Shown here one piece after another: positions 25,051 through 38,979 of a stretch of DNA of 64,000 nucleotides (within the stretch, counting starts at the first letter, position 1; the number at the start of each line of letters is the position of its first letter). The DNA lies in assembly GCA_003427395.1 (NCBI GenBank), contig BFEA01000043.1, positions 4,336,814-4,400,813 of the forward strand, in the 5' to 3' direction. The position numbers were made by a program, and so were the translations under genes. The notes under the pieces were generated by a model that ran no database searches, was not told the DNA's origin, and was given only the letters and a program-made list of their open reading frames with translations. The stretch is from Chara braunii (Eukaryota > Plantae > Charophyceae).

Positions 25051-26896
25051 GGTTAGTATTGGCTCTACGGAGCAGTTGTTGGAGTTCACTGTGCGGGCAA
25101 TTGGAATTTACTGTGGAAGCGATTGCAATTTACTGTTCGAATGATTGGAAAAAAAAAAAAAAAAAAAAAAAAAAAAGAAGAAGAGCCATTTTATTATTTA
25201 ATCAGACTTGTCTCCTATTCATAGAGTTGAAACCATACTAACTAATTGCAAAAAGAAGACCGGAAAAAAAAAGAAGATAAAAACTATAAGACAGCAAGGC
25301 AAAAGTGCAGTTTCGTCAACTTTCATGCAAATTTTGCCAACGTTCCAATTTCAGAAATCTCTAAAATATTCAGAAACCTCAGCAGGGGAGTTTCCAATGC
25401 TCCAAATGAGAACAAAAAGAAGGGAAGTATTTGTACTGCAGTCTGATTTTGGTATGCCGTATAAATATGGGTGCAGTCTTTGTGAGACTAGTACCTGCTC
25501 TCAAGACTGTGTGGCCCCAAAAGGATGAAGTACCTCTGTGCGTGTTCCCCGTTTTTGGGGGAGGCAAGCGCGTTGGAATCACACCCAACGTTCAGAATAG
25601 GTAACTTTAGCAGTTCCCGAAATGGCGCAAAAAAGGCGACCCAATCTGCAAAGCGCCACTAAGGGTAATGACTGGCACAGTTTTAGACCCCTGCTAAACT
25701 TGCACATTTGGAAGCTCACACCATGACACCGGCGCCGCTTTGTCTTTTCTTGCCTATTTTTTCAAACTAAAAGTGTGTCACAGCCACAGTTTCCCCTTCT
25801 TTTTTTATATGCAAGGTTGCGGGGGGTGTCGCGGAAAGTTTCAGGCAAGGCAGTCCGTCACGAGCCTGGACACACCGGGTTCAGCCTTCTGATGGCACCG
25901 TGACCTCACCCACTCACACAGAGGACTCTGTCAAGATCAGGACACTCAGCCTTACCACGCGCACACACACATGGGGGGTATTGAGTGCGAGTGTGGTGCA
26001 CCCCCGCTGCCGACGATCAGGGTGCGCTATCGAGTGCGAGGTTGGTGCACATCCGCTGCCGGCGATCAGGGTGCGCCACACTCATACTCAAATTCCGGGG
26101 TTCCTTAAGGTGACACGCGGAGAGGCCTGAGGCACCACTGTCGCATGCCACTGAAGGGAGTTGTCGTAGATCTGCTTTGAGCGCGGGGAACCCTGGCCTC
26201 CCCCTCCTCCCCGCTTTCCCCCTTTTTTTGCTACTCGGTACCAGGGTGCATATCTTTTCCAAATGATGCTGATGGTACACATTTTTTCACATGGTGCCGT
26301 GTTCCCTTGTATTAGATAGCTGTACGATGGCACTGTCAGGGCACATTCACGCTAGGACTGTTTTGACTTCCATCTGCCAGATTCTGGCTTCTGGCTGTAT
26401 TTTTCGTCTGGTGGTATCCAGAAGGGGCTGCTATGCCCGTCCCACAAACACAACTTACCTTGATCATGGGCCTCGCTGCACTACTCCCCAAATCTGCAAA
26501 ATTAGAGTGAATCCACCGCTAGAACATGGAAACATACATTGCCGTTTTTTTTCACTTCTGTGAATGCGGAGAGTAGTGCAGTGAGGCCCCATGGACTGGA
26601 AATAGCTTGCATCCTGGGGAAGACGGTAGTGCGAGTTCGCTAGCTGCAGTATGCCACCGCAAAGCTGGATCGGAACCCCCCCGGTTCGTCTTTTATGTTT
26701 GTTTCCCTTCTGTTCTATGTAGTTGTCTTATACATGTTTTTCTCTTCTTATGCTCTCTAGTTTATTCCTGGTGTTTCCTCCTTTTTTCCTCTAGTTTTAT
26801 TCCTCTTGTGTTTTTCTCTTCTTTTTTCCTTTCAGTTTTTTTTTTTACTTTTTTCGCTTCGGATTTTTCTTCTAGATGTTCTTTGTAGTTATTTCA

Positions 26897-27414
26897 ACCA
26901 CCACTACCTGTCACAGGCAAACCCGAAACACCATTTGTGAAAAAACGCATTCATTGGGTGAGCAGTGTTATCAGGCTGAAATGAAGTGTATTTTGTATTT
27001 ACCATCAGAAGAGTGCAAAATCCGTGCTGCCGCATCAGCAAACCCTGGTGCGCCGTTATTTTCTGCCTCGCCAAAAAGGTGCTCGAAGGTAGTGGTGGTT
27101 TAAAGCACCAGTACATGGGCACCTGGGCCGCGGGCCTGACGCCTTGAATTCTGGAGGTGCAAAGCGAAAATGCGACCGCCGATCGAATTTAACAACGGAG
27201 GGCCCAGCGTTTGACATTTCGGCTTTGTTTTCTTGTGGCGACAAGTTCTGGACTGCAATGCTGGGGCTGTGTACCAGTACATCCAGCTATCGGCCGCGGG
27301 TTCTTTTCGGAGACCGCCCGCCGCCGATTCGGTTTATCTACAGCGCTGGGCCTCCGAGAATTTCGTAGGCGACGAGTTTTCTTTTCAGCAAGGCTGGGGC
27401 CCTGTACTGGCGGT
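26897..27414. mobile_element. Two abutting TTAA-targeting MITEs (26897-27099, 27104-27414)
   Basis: TIRs ACCACCACTACCT/AGGTAGTGGTGGT and AGCACCAGTAC/GTACTGGCGGT; TTAA at 27100-27103 and 27415-27418. Confidence 0.7.
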
Positions 27415-27442
27415 TTAAGGCCATTCCTAGCAGCAGCAACAA

Positions 27443-27473
<31 letters not shown>

Positions 27474-28190
27474 AACAACATACGAACTGATTCGTTTCCT
27501 GATTGCTGTCTGTTACGGCGGCACTTATTGATTTTTATGAACTCGCTGCTACCAGCTCGAAAAGCATGCACTCTCTGAATTCACGCCACTCCTCTTTGGT
27601 GCTTGCTGCAATTTGGTAAAACATGCAATCAATGAACAACCAGGCAACTGGAGCGGCAGAAGGCCTTCTTCACAGTGTCACTTAACAGCTTTATCACAGT
27701 GTCATTATCCTGGCGCAGCCACCATTGTGCCCACCTTGCCTCCGAATTTCTCACCTACTCATTGCACCTTCACCGATACCCTCATTCAATCACACGGGCA
27801 AATCCGTGGCGGGCCCCTCCTTTTCTCCTCTTATCCTTCGTGTACATACTCTTTGCGGTTATCGGCATGCAATGCAAAATTTTACTGGAGTCGACCAATA
27901 AAAGGTCAAACAATTTTTTTGTGACCGATAAAGGGTCTTCTATATCGAAATAAAAGCAATTAAAATTTCAAATCATGCTCAAGAAACAAGGCAACAAACC
28001 AAAAAAAAAAGCATGTCGCATTGTCACATGCATCAATCAAGAAACGGTTCAAAATTTCTGCAGAAAAAAAGGAAATAGTTTGAAGTTTGAGCTGATAAGT
28101 ATGCGCCTGAAACGGTCCCGGATAAGCCAGTAGCCGAATCGGTTCTCTAGTTGCATTCTCTGCCTTAAGATTGTGTATCAGCATGTTTAA

Positions 28191-28322
28191 ACAACCAGTA
28201 CTTCCTAAGGTCGTGCCCGTTAACAAGCGACGGTTTTAGGAAATGTACGGGTCACTACAGAAGCGCCCATCCGAGTAGACACGTTTCTACTCTATTTTTT
28301 TACTGGGCCAAGTACTGGTGGT
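28191..28322. mobile_element. TTAA-targeting MITE
   Basis: TTAA|ACAACCAGTACTT...AAGTACTGGTGGT|TTAC. Confidence 0.6.
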
Positions 28323-28677
28323 TTACAAGAATTCTTTTTTTTCTTTGTTTTCTGATTTTTGATACCGTGTAACCACGTATTAAAATAAAAGGATGTACTC
28401 GGCTGACTCATCGTGTGGCATTACCCCTGCTAGTAGCAGGGGTGGAGCGTCCCATATGAAATTTGTACAGGGCTTGGGCACCTGCTACTAGCAGGGCCGA
28501 GTGTCCCATATGAAATTTGTACAAAACAACTTGACGTGGCGGGGCCATTACCCCGCTTCGGCTAAGAAATGCTAGAGTACCGTTTTGTTCTCCGGCGAAA
28601 AAATTATAGTGCTATGGTGAACTCTCCTGGAGCTTCACATCCTGATGATCCTGTCCTGGTTGTTTTCTTTTTCGCAG

Positions 28678-28716
28678 GATATACCTCGACTTTCTGACGG
28701 TTCTCAGGACTGCTGA
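28678..28716 (+). CDS. Candidate terminal exon of the NAC gene (DIPRLSDGSQDC*)
   Basis: Strong acceptor tgttttctttttcgcag ending 28677; phase 0 matches donor 19985; followed by UTR-like non-repeat sequence. No transcript evidence. Confidence 0.4.
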   Translation, partial: DIPRLSDGSQDC

Positions 28717-29027
28717 ATGCAGCCAGCCGTCGCATTTCTACGACAGTGTGGCTGGTTGTCGACTCCTTCGTGTTGCTGTAATAATAAGAGAACTCGATAT
28801 GTGTTGGTCAGCAGCTGATGCTGAGTCACACTCTTGTTTTCAGTCCTTGCTGCCGATGTCTCAGTCTGTTTGTGCTCCTTCGTAGTAAAGCGGCGGCCCA
28901 ATCAAATAATGGCCTACAAGATAAGGAGCTTAGCTGGCTGCATGGGCAGATTGTCAGCTGATCAATGCGCCTGAGCAGCGGTCTTGCAGGATACTGCACA
29001 TGCCATGGGGTGTGCAGCATTAGCTTC

Positions 29028-29098
29028 ACTGGAACCAACTGGAACCAACTGGAACCAACTGGAACCAACTGGAACCAACTGGAACCAACGGGAACCGG
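29028..29098. repeat. 10-bp minisatellite (GGAACCAACT)n
   Basis: About 6.5 tandem copies seen directly. Confidence 0.95.
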
Positions 29099-32000
29099 AA
29101 ATAATCTGCGGAGTGCTATGGATGGAGCCAACTGGAACTGGAAGTGACGCCAACAGGTGGTTAGCGAGAACCATAAATAATACTGCCGGGTTCAAAATGC
29201 AGGTATCAACAGTCCAGATGTTGTCATCTTGCCTGGCATAAGCAGTGATGTGAAAGTGCGATTCATTTCATGACGATAGGACAAGGCTGGAATACTCTGT
29301 GTCTGCTTATGTCAGGAACCTGCTTTATGCCATTAAAGCATGCATGATTTCAAGTGCCATCGATCACAGGATTTCAAGAGGTGCAAATGAAGGGTTATGC
29401 CATAAAGCATGCTATTCCCGATGCAAGCAGCGCAAAGGAAGGGACACAATGCAAGCGTAACAGGCCTTGAAAATGGCTGGCTGGCCAATGGGAGATTGCA
29501 CATCAAAGACGGCAAGACTGATGGGCTGAGAAAGCGAGAGAGAATGACGAATTCACTGTTCAGTGATCCTGGGAGAGCAGTTTGAAAAAGAAGTACTCTC
29601 TCATCTGTGCCACTTACATCTTGTTGAAGGCGGAGGGATGGCTATTCGGGACATCGTCAAATGTCCCCAGGCTGTCATGTGGTTAGTGCACAAAAGTTAT
29701 CACGGAGACAGCACTGATTCTTTGTGGACTCTGCAAGGGTTCGCTTCGCTTCGTTCTCAAGTTCTTGGCTGTTTTTCCATCGGGCTGTTTTGCACTTTAG
29801 ATGATCCGTGTCATATAACATATGTGCTTTTGCATGCTCTGCTTATGCCTTGTGGAGGAGCTCCTCTTTTGTTTCTGCATCTCTTTGCCGCAGCAATAAG
29901 GATATCGTGCAACGGAGACGGCAGTGCGAGTTCACCGTGGAGAACGGCCGTAGAGTCGACTCTTTGTCTGTATGCTGCATTTTCGGTAAAGCTTTTCTAC
30001 ACTAGGAGGCTCAGCTCGTCTTCCGCTTGTGTGCAAGCAGGCAGGTTTGTGAAACAGCTCATGCAGTTTTGCTGGTGAGTTCGTCTCCTCGGCCATTCCA
30101 TGGTTTGTGTTCCCATGTTTTGTCATACTGTATTTCCCCTGCCTGAACGTACGGCGGCTGGCTATGGCTATGTCGGAAACTTCAGAGCTGCATTTCCCCT
30201 GCCTTGACGTATGGACGCTGGCTATGGCTATGTCAGAGATTTCTTTCTTAAAGAGGCATACATGCTATCGAGTGTCATCCTCCTCGTAGGTGATACTTTC
30301 CTTAACAAGGAAACTTCTTCTATTTCCTAAAATAGTCTCTACAGAGTTTGCACCAGGAAGCATAGGAAGAGATGAAGCAAAAGGGGTATGCAGGACGCAC
30401 CGTGGGATTTGTGTTTCTATAGCAGTTGCTGCATTCACGTCTTTCGTGTGCACAATGTTCATGTATGTGGTCTACCAGCCAGTCCATAAGTTTTTCGAAT
30501 GTTGAGTAGTGGAGTGAGGCCAAATGTATATCCTTCGTGGGATACGATGCCATGGCGACCAGGGCATCATGTTTAGAAGCCGGCAATGGCAGTAATCTCC
30601 TCGCTCCTATGTACGATTGTGCGAGTACGTTATGAGAATATGTACATTGCAGCGGTGCTGTTGCATAAAATAAGCGGATTGTCCTATAAGGTAATTGATT
30701 GTGTCCAGTGAGGGTTGAGCAAATGAATGGAGAGCATATCATCGCAATCGGTAAGGTGTAATCGTCATAATGCGGGGGCATTGGAGCAGAGGAAGGGAGC
30801 GACGGACCAAAGGTCCTTGATCAGTGGTGAAGCGACAAACCAAAGGTCGCTTCAATAAGATGGTATGTCGTGGACGTGTCTCCTCGATCAAAATGTCCCC
30901 GCGGAAGAATCACTTGTTGTGATTGTGAGCTCATTTTGATGGCGCTGGATGGACGCTAGGTGAGGGTGGGGAAGAACTTGAAATGATTGTGGTTAGCTTC
31001 GATGTATTTGAGGCCCACATGTTGTGGTGGAGAGGTGTAGGGTTACGGAGACTGGCCCTGCAAGGGAATTGGTGTCGTTTTTTTTTTTGGGAAGAAGGGG
31101 GAGGAGCACTGCCTATTCTTCCGGCGCACGTGAAAAGGACCGGAGCAATGGCGAAGTCGTTGTGATGAAGGGGATGCTGCAGCATCTTATTGAAGATGTC
31201 CATGTGCGAATCGGTGCTATGGATGGGTTCTGACAAGCAGCGAAACCTCTGTGAAAAACTGTCTATGACGAAAAGGTATGTGCTTCAAATGAATCCAGTC
31301 CTGTGGGCTCAAGCTGCTTTCTTTCTGGATGCGAGTCTTTTCCTTTGGAAATAGGTGAGGATCTCAAGATCGTGGATCGCATTCGGATGCAATTCTTTTG
31401 TATCGATGTGAAAAGGAGGCAGCGTGCGGCAGTTGTGATTGTGAATGTCATGTAGATCTGTAAAGTGGAACTGCACTATGGTAAAGTCTGCAAGTCGGAC
31501 GTTACGAGGTGATTCTACTCGTATATTCTTTTGGTTATGGGTGAAGAGGGGTTCCAAATGTGGCAGAGGGGATGGTGGCATGGTTGGTGGGCTTTTCGAG
31601 ATAGTTTTGTCACCTCCAGTTTGTACGATGTTATTGCGAAGAAAGTAAAGTACTGAGCATTTGACCATCGGGAAGAGGTTCGGTGATTACACTTTCTGGA
31701 GGAGAAGAAGATCTAGCAACCGGGAATGGCCTGGCTTGGAAATGCCGGAGGGAGTGATGGCCATGCATCTCTGGGCTATTTTTGTTGCATATCTGTCGAT
31801 AACCGTGACGGCTTGCTTGTGTGTTCGTCGTTGGAGCTTCTGTATAGGTCAGGTCGTCCGGATCGGGTCACGTAAGTGTAAAGTGGAGATCGGAACCACG
31901 CATTTGTAACGTGTCTTCTTGTCCCTCTTCCTCAAGGTTCTCTGTTGAGGAGTAGTGTACAAGGCCATGGATGTTGACAGTGGTCTGTCTGTGTATGTGG

Positions 32001-35000
32001 GGGGGGGTTGGGATGTGTTGTGGGGGTATAAGGATGGGAGATACGGGGGATCATGAGAGAGGTTGAAGTGAGGNNNNNNNNNNNNNNNNNNNNNNNNNNN
32101 NNNNNNNNNNNNNNNNNNNNNNNNNNNNNNNNNNNNNNNNNNNNGGGAAGGGCGGGGTTGACTTGGCATTTCTTGCTTTCTACTTTAAGATGCTTGAGGG
32201 AGGTGTGAGAGGGTATTTTGGAGGTTGGCAGCGTCTTGGGAGGAGGAGTAGGGGGTTATAAGTTTGGCTACAAACGTACGAACTTACAAAGGGATGGAGC
32301 TGCCTTGGCATGTGAGAGGGTATTTTGGATGTTGGCAGCGTCTTGGGAGGAGTAGGGGGTTATAAGTTTCGCTACAAACTTACGAACTTACGAAGGGATG
32401 GAGCTGCCTTGGCGTTGACCATTCTTTCTTCATGGATTAAGATGCTTGAGGTAAGTGTGACAGGGTACGTTGGGGATTGGCTGTGTCTTGTGATGAGGGG
32501 GAAGGATCACAAGGTGGCTGCGAACTTAGAAATGACAGAAATGATCTCCTCGGCTCTGGGGGAGTGACGATCGAGCTTGGAGGGACATTTGGTTGCGTGT
32601 AAAATGTCGTTGGAGGTGATGTAAGTGTCGACTGTTAACCGTACACGATCGGAAGAGGGATGGCGATGCATGATTCTGCTGGTGAATTTTGGCGGAAGTT
32701 ACAGGCGATTGTCGTGCCTATGTTGCTACGGCCGATGATCCGGTATCAATAAGAGGATCAAATGGTTTACCCCAGACCTGGCAATCGCACTCGGCGCTTT
32801 TCCATATATAATATAACTGCAGCAAGGTTGATTGTCATGCTTGTGGTGGCCATTTCCCATAGGGGATGCTGACCCAGCTATGCACTCTCCGAGCTAATGT
32901 ATGTTTGGCAAATTTTCAGAAGAGTACGGTGTGAGTATGACATCCAGAGGTGGAAATGGAGGGTGGAATGCTTGTGAGGTGCACAGGGACATGAGGAGGA
33001 ATAGAGACTCTTTGATGGAGGGTGTCAGAGGGGGAAGGAAGGGTGCGGGTGGGTAAAATAGTTGAGGCGTACAGACACGGAAACAGAGTGAGATATCGGG
33101 GAGGGTGCGGCGTCCGCGACAGCTGCATTATGAAATGGGGAGTAAGAGAAGCAAGTGTTTTGGGAACTCCATTGCGAGTCAAACACGCAGGGGTTATGTG
33201 CATCGGCTGAGTTCTCACAGCGTTGGGCTGCTGTGGAGGGTACCATCTTCCCCCGAACCCAACGACTGTATCGGGCCAGAAACATATGTTTTATGTTTGG
33301 GCGAAGACGGTAGTCGAGGAATGCAGACCATAAGAGAAACAGAGTGAGAAGTCGGGAAAGGTACGCTCATACGAGAATAGCTACATTATGGCATGGGCAG
33401 TAAACGACAGTCTGGGAACGCTATTGCCGGTCAGCAATGCAGAGTTTCTGTGCATGAGCTTTCTTACAGTTTTGGGCTGCTGCGGAGAAGTCGATTCTTT
33501 CGAATTATCGCGGTTCTTACATGTGCACCATGCATATCAAGGTTTTTGCGGTGGCAGTGCGTATACGCTGATATCCGAATCCGTCTGCGCTGTTGAGGCA
33601 GTGTTGGGCTGCTGTGGAGGGGTCGGTTCTTTCGAATTGTGCACCATGCGTATCAAGGTTTTTGTGGTTGCAGTGCATATACGCTGATATCCGAATCCGT
33701 CTGCGCTGTTGAGGCAGTTGATTCTTCCGAGTGTGTGGAAGGCGTCAGACATTTTCCCGGCATTCCAGTTCATCCTATGATGAAGTTCGAATGCACCAGC
33801 AAGGTCCTTTTCGTGGCACTCGTCCAGTTTCCACAGATATTGGGAACTGCGTGCGCCTGTCGCGTTTTGGAGCGTTTTCAGATCTAGTAGACCTGTAATC
33901 TGATTCATTCTTACCGCCGCTACCAGCATATGTCGATGGATGGCCTCAGCCATTTTATGATTTTATCAGCATTCCAGATCATCCTATGGTGAAGTGCATC
34001 TGCAACGGTTGAGAGTTTTCATGGCGCTCCGCCAGTTTGCAAGGAAGTCGGCAATCCTGTGTGCACTAGTGTTGCATTTTTGGCGCTCCGCCAGTTTTCA
34101 TGGCTCTCCGCCAGTTTTCATGGCGCTCCGCCAGTTGGCAAGGAAGTCGGCGATTTCAGGTCTATTAGATGGCGAGGAAGTCGGCGATTTCAGGTCTATT
34201 AGACCTGCGTCGGGCATTTTACCAGGATTGGAGATGTTAAATTTTCTGCCCGAAGATCGTCATGCTCACTTGTAGTTTTTTGGCTTTCTCAGTCGGGGAC
34301 AATTATCTATGTCGACCGGTTCCTGCGGAGGAGTTTCTCTCGGATGTAATGTGGGATTACGACGGTCGACAGAGGAAGCAATGGTCAAGATTGAGAGCAT
34401 ACGCAGAGTGGAAGTTTTTCAACTGAGCTCTGGACGGAATTGCGGTCAGATTCATCCTGGACAAGGAGGATTCCGGTCAGGTACATATGCAGGAAAGCCC
34501 TCGTGTACATGTGCCCCCTGAGGCATGTGGGAGGGTACAGGCATTTTGTCTATCACTGATCGAGTTGATCAGACTCTGTTTTTGCTGAAAAGGATGTGGA
34601 ATATGCTTAGTTTTTTGAACTTTTTTCCAATTTTTAATTTATTTTATTTTATCTTTTGCCGCCTAATGTGAAACAGCTGCTTTCCTTGCTAACCATGCAA
34701 CCCGATTTTTTTTTTTTTTTCCTTCCTTATTTTTTGGCCCTTGGCAACGACTTTTTTTTTTTTTTTTTGGCTGTTCCGTTTCGTCCCGGGGCTCGGAAAC
34801 CGACAGTATGAAGAAAAGGTGGAATTGCGGACAGATCCATCCCGGACAAGGTGGAATCTGGACGGGATTGTGGTCAGATTTATCCAGGATAGTACGGATG
34901 ATAAACGGTTGCTTGCTCCTGCTGATGCGAACGGACAGATGGTATGGGTACGGACCAACATCAACGGCAAAGCAGCATTGGAGTGTATGGACACCAGGTG

Positions 35001-35626
35001 CTGGCTGAAGAAACACATTACGACGGCAAGTATATTGGGGGTGACGAGGAGCAGATGAGCATCTGGAGCTGGCATGGCATGTGTCCTTCACAACCCGGGG
35101 AACTTGCTGAGTCGGAGGGAGAAAACGGACATCGTACCTGACCACAATTCTGTCCAGGTAGGAGAAGATGATTCTTATTGATTAGGATGAGCAAAAGGCA
35201 GCGGAAGTTTTTGGTGCTCGGTGCGGTGGGATGTCCGTAATCGGAGAGGTAAAGGAGAAACGATGAAGCGTCATATGTGCAAAGCTGCAAAGTACACTGA
35301 TTATTTTTCATTTTAGAATTTTTTTAAATTTAAGTTAAGAGGTGGAGAGGACTGGAAGCACGGAAACGAAAGACGACGGTAATCCTCGACAAAACATGTC
35401 GAAAAGAAAAAATTAGCGGGTCTCGTTGTTTTTTTTCCTTTTTGCCTGCATTTTTTGTCTAATTGGCAGCATTTGGGAATTTGGCGATTTCGATGAATGA
35501 TGTTTTTTCTCAGAAATCAAGACTTGTATGGTTTTCAAAGTCCAAACCTGTTTGTTGCAAGCACACTGTTTTTCCGGTGTTGTCATAATCCTCGAAGGGT
35601 CTTGGCCGCTGATCTTCAGCGGTTAT

Positions 35627-35670
<44 letters not shown>

Positions 35671-36331
35671 CAAGAGAAGCATGCAGGAAATTCTGGTCTC
35701 TTCTTCTTTGCACACGCTGTGATGGCAAAATTATTTTCTCTCTTTTTTGAAGTTTTTTCCCAGCTTGTCGCAGGCAGTGATAGCTTCTTTTCAACTGTTG
35801 GATGATCCATCACGATGGCATCGAAGTTGGTTCCGTCGATTGGAAGATTCATTGTCACTTCCGTCCAGCATCAGTCGAACGTTCGTTTGTCAAACTGTTG
35901 AGGAAGAGGGGATTGCAGTTCTTGCTGGAGATAACGGATCGGGATTTCCCCGAGGGTAATCTGCACGCGTTTATCATTCATTGCCAGTCTCTGCGTCTTT
36001 CTTCTCTGTCGGCCAAGGTGGTCTTCCAAACAGTCGTGTATTTGGCGGCAGCCTGGACATGTTATGCAGGGTCGAGTGTGTGTTCCTCTGCATCGGACGT
36101 TACGCTGCCAATCGGCAACACCGAAGACAATTTTGAGATTGCGTCAGTTCGTCTGACTGTGGGAAGTGAGATTCATTCATGATTTGTCACGACTCAAATG
36201 GTTTTACACTGGGAGAGGTTTTCTTCCTACAAGGAAAGTCGTCCGTAGCAAGTTTTTGTGCTAAAAGTTTTGCCGGTGAGGACTTCCTGTCTGCTGCTGG
36301 GTGACCGTCTCTCTCAGATTCACACGTCGGG

Positions 36332-36395
<64 letters not shown>

Positions 36396-37009
36396 GGTTT
36401 GTCCTTGATGAGAGAAAATGATTCGGCAATTCAACGGGGAATAAAATGTCATCATGGCAGCCTGGCAGGTGCTTCGTCGTCAGGCAGAGATGGAGTTGTT
36501 GAGGCGTTCTATTGTCCATGATCTTCTGGAACGATTGATTGGTTCATTATTTTTTTTTTGGTTGATTCAAATTGTTTGAAGGCCTTTTATCAAAGATTCT
36601 TTTTTTGGTTGATTCAAATTGTTTGAAGGCCTTTTATCAAAGATCTTGCACTCGATAACTCGCTTTTTTACAAAGGCATTCCGCAGACGATGCTACGATT
36701 ACTGTGGAAGATTCAGCGGGAAGGATTTGGGAGATGTGCAGTTAGAACAACTGACTACTAGTGACTGACTAGGTATGGGGCTCTTCTTCTTTTCCCCTTC
36801 TTGAGATTTCAGAAGGCCGCTGTACGTTTCGGTTTGGGATCTCAATTGAATTGTTTCCTCTTTGGGATATTGCTTGTTGTTTGCCCCGCTTTCGGAGTCA
36901 TGTCTATGACACTGTCCTTATGAAGCTTCCTCCTCTTTGCCCTGCAGCTTAGTCAGAAAGATGTACATTTGTCGTTTGAATTAGAACTCCCAATGCCAGC
37001 TGATGCATG

Positions 37010-37093
37010 CACACAAGCACTGGAACACGCACAAACCCACGCGCACCTGCATGCACACCTTCATGCACACACACACAAATGAGCACGATGCAA

Positions 37094-37127
<34 letters not shown>

Positions 37128-37890
37128 CACACAACCACACACACACACATACATACACACACACATACATACACTCACACATACACACACATGCACACGC
37201 ACACAACCACACACATACACACACACACNNNNNNNNNNNNNNNNNNNNNNNNNNNNNNNNNNNNNNNNNNNNNNNNNNNNNNNNNNNNNNNNNNNNNNNN
37301 NNNNNNNNNNNNNNNNNNNNNNNNNNNNNNNNNNNNNNNNNNNNNNNNNNNNNNNNNNNNNNNNNNNNNNNNNNNNNNNNNNNNNNNNNNNNNNNNNNNN
37401 NNNNNNNNNNNNNNNNNNNNNNNNNNNNNNNNNNNNNNNNNNNNNNNNNNNNNNNNNNNNNNNNNNNNNNNNNNNNNNNNNNNNNNNNNNNNNNNNNNNN
37501 NNNNNNNNNNNNNNNNNNNNNNNNNNNNNNNNNNNNNNNNNNNNNNNNNNNNNNNNNNNNNNNNNNNNNNNNNNNNNNNNNNNNNNNNNNNNNNNNNNNN
37601 NNNNNNNNNNNNNNNNNNNNNNNNNNNNNNNNNNNNNNNNNNNNNNNNNNNNNNNNNNNNNNNNNNNNNNNNNNNNNNNNNNNNNNNNNNNNNNNNNNNN
37701 NNNNCATGCACACATGCACACACACACGCACACACACACATACGTGCACACAACCACACACACACACATACATACACACACACACATACACACATACACA
37801 CACACATGCACACGCACACAACCACACACATACACAACCACACACACACACACACATGCACACACACACAACCACACACACACACAACAT
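37010..37890. repeat. Degenerate (CA)n-rich satellite spanning an assembly gap
   Basis: CA/CATA/CATG units flanking ~475 Ns. Confidence 0.95.
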
Positions 37891-38792
37891 GGGCCCTGTA
37901 GTCACCCTCTATTTTATTTCTTAGCAAATTTTGGGGTCAGCTTTGAGTTTGGGGGCAGGTGTGCTTCATGTTTGGATGCAGTTTTCATGAACACTGTTCT
38001 CAACTTCTCATCCAATTCTTTTATTCGAAGTTGCAAACCTTAATTTGAAATACAATTTTCTGATCTCATTATTATAACTTAAATTAAAATCTCTGGTCAC
38101 CGTCAAGCATTCTTAAATACAATTTTCTGATCTTTTAACGTAAATTAAAATTTCTCATCTTCGTCAACAGTTTGAGAACTCTCAGGCTGTGAAGGGCATT
38201 TGTGAAAGTTGCTTCTGTTGGTGCGTCTTTGTGCTCGCATGCTCTGTAGCAACGTGTGTGGGCATTTCTGTCTTTAGTCCCCTCTATTAAATGACCTTTT
38301 TCCACTTCTTTTTTTCCACACGAAGGATTTAACCTTTCTGTGCTACCTGCATCCCCTTTAAAGGACTTTTAAATAACTCTCTCTGGATTAACCCTCTCCT
38401 TAAACCACCATGCCTGAGCCTCTACTTATTGACCCAGATTTTGGATGAACACTAAAACGAAATGAACCAGTGCAGGTTCAAAATATTTTTTTCTATTTTC
38501 CGGGCGAAGTCAGCCTTTTTGTCTGATGTCAGGCACAGACCGAGCCCCTGGTAAACCATTGGCAATCCGCAGGCAGCACTGGGACAAAATCCAGAGTGCC
38601 CAGGCCTAGTGGGGTCTCGGTGGAAAAGGACCAATTGCCTGAATAAAAAACAACATCCTGCATTGTCGATTTCAGGTTCATCGAAATGCATCTTTGGGTT
38701 TGTCAATTAGCTTCAGACAGACTGGTGGTTTGATGCGGCGGGTTATGGCTCAGGGAATAGTAGGATTGATTGTTTTGGGGAAGTGCCGGGCA

Positions 38793-38828
38793 CTGTCTCT
38801 TATACACATCTAGATGTGTATAAGAGAC

Positions 38829-38830
<2 letters not shown>
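38793..38830. other. Nextera mate-pair junction adapter (back-to-back Tn5 mosaic ends), assembly artefact
   Basis: Exact CTGTCTCTTATACACATCT+AGATGTGTATAAGAGACAG. Confidence 0.98.
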
Positions 38831-38882
<52 letters not shown>

Positions 38883-38979
38883 ACAGAAGGCACAGTGAGA
38901 GTCAATGACCTGAATTCCATGTTCAAATGCACACAAATACACACAGACGAATAGCGAACGGCCCGCCTCGGAGGATGGT

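Noticed and set aside
36949-38043. Long ORFs rich in HT/CV/RE/SL or X (also near 4442-5017, 6177-6686, 20190-20626)
   Set aside because: Translations of microsatellites and N gaps.
38793-38830. Genuine Tn5/IS50 insertion or horizontal transfer
   Set aside because: Engineered mosaic ends in adapter configuration, with no transposase or TSD.
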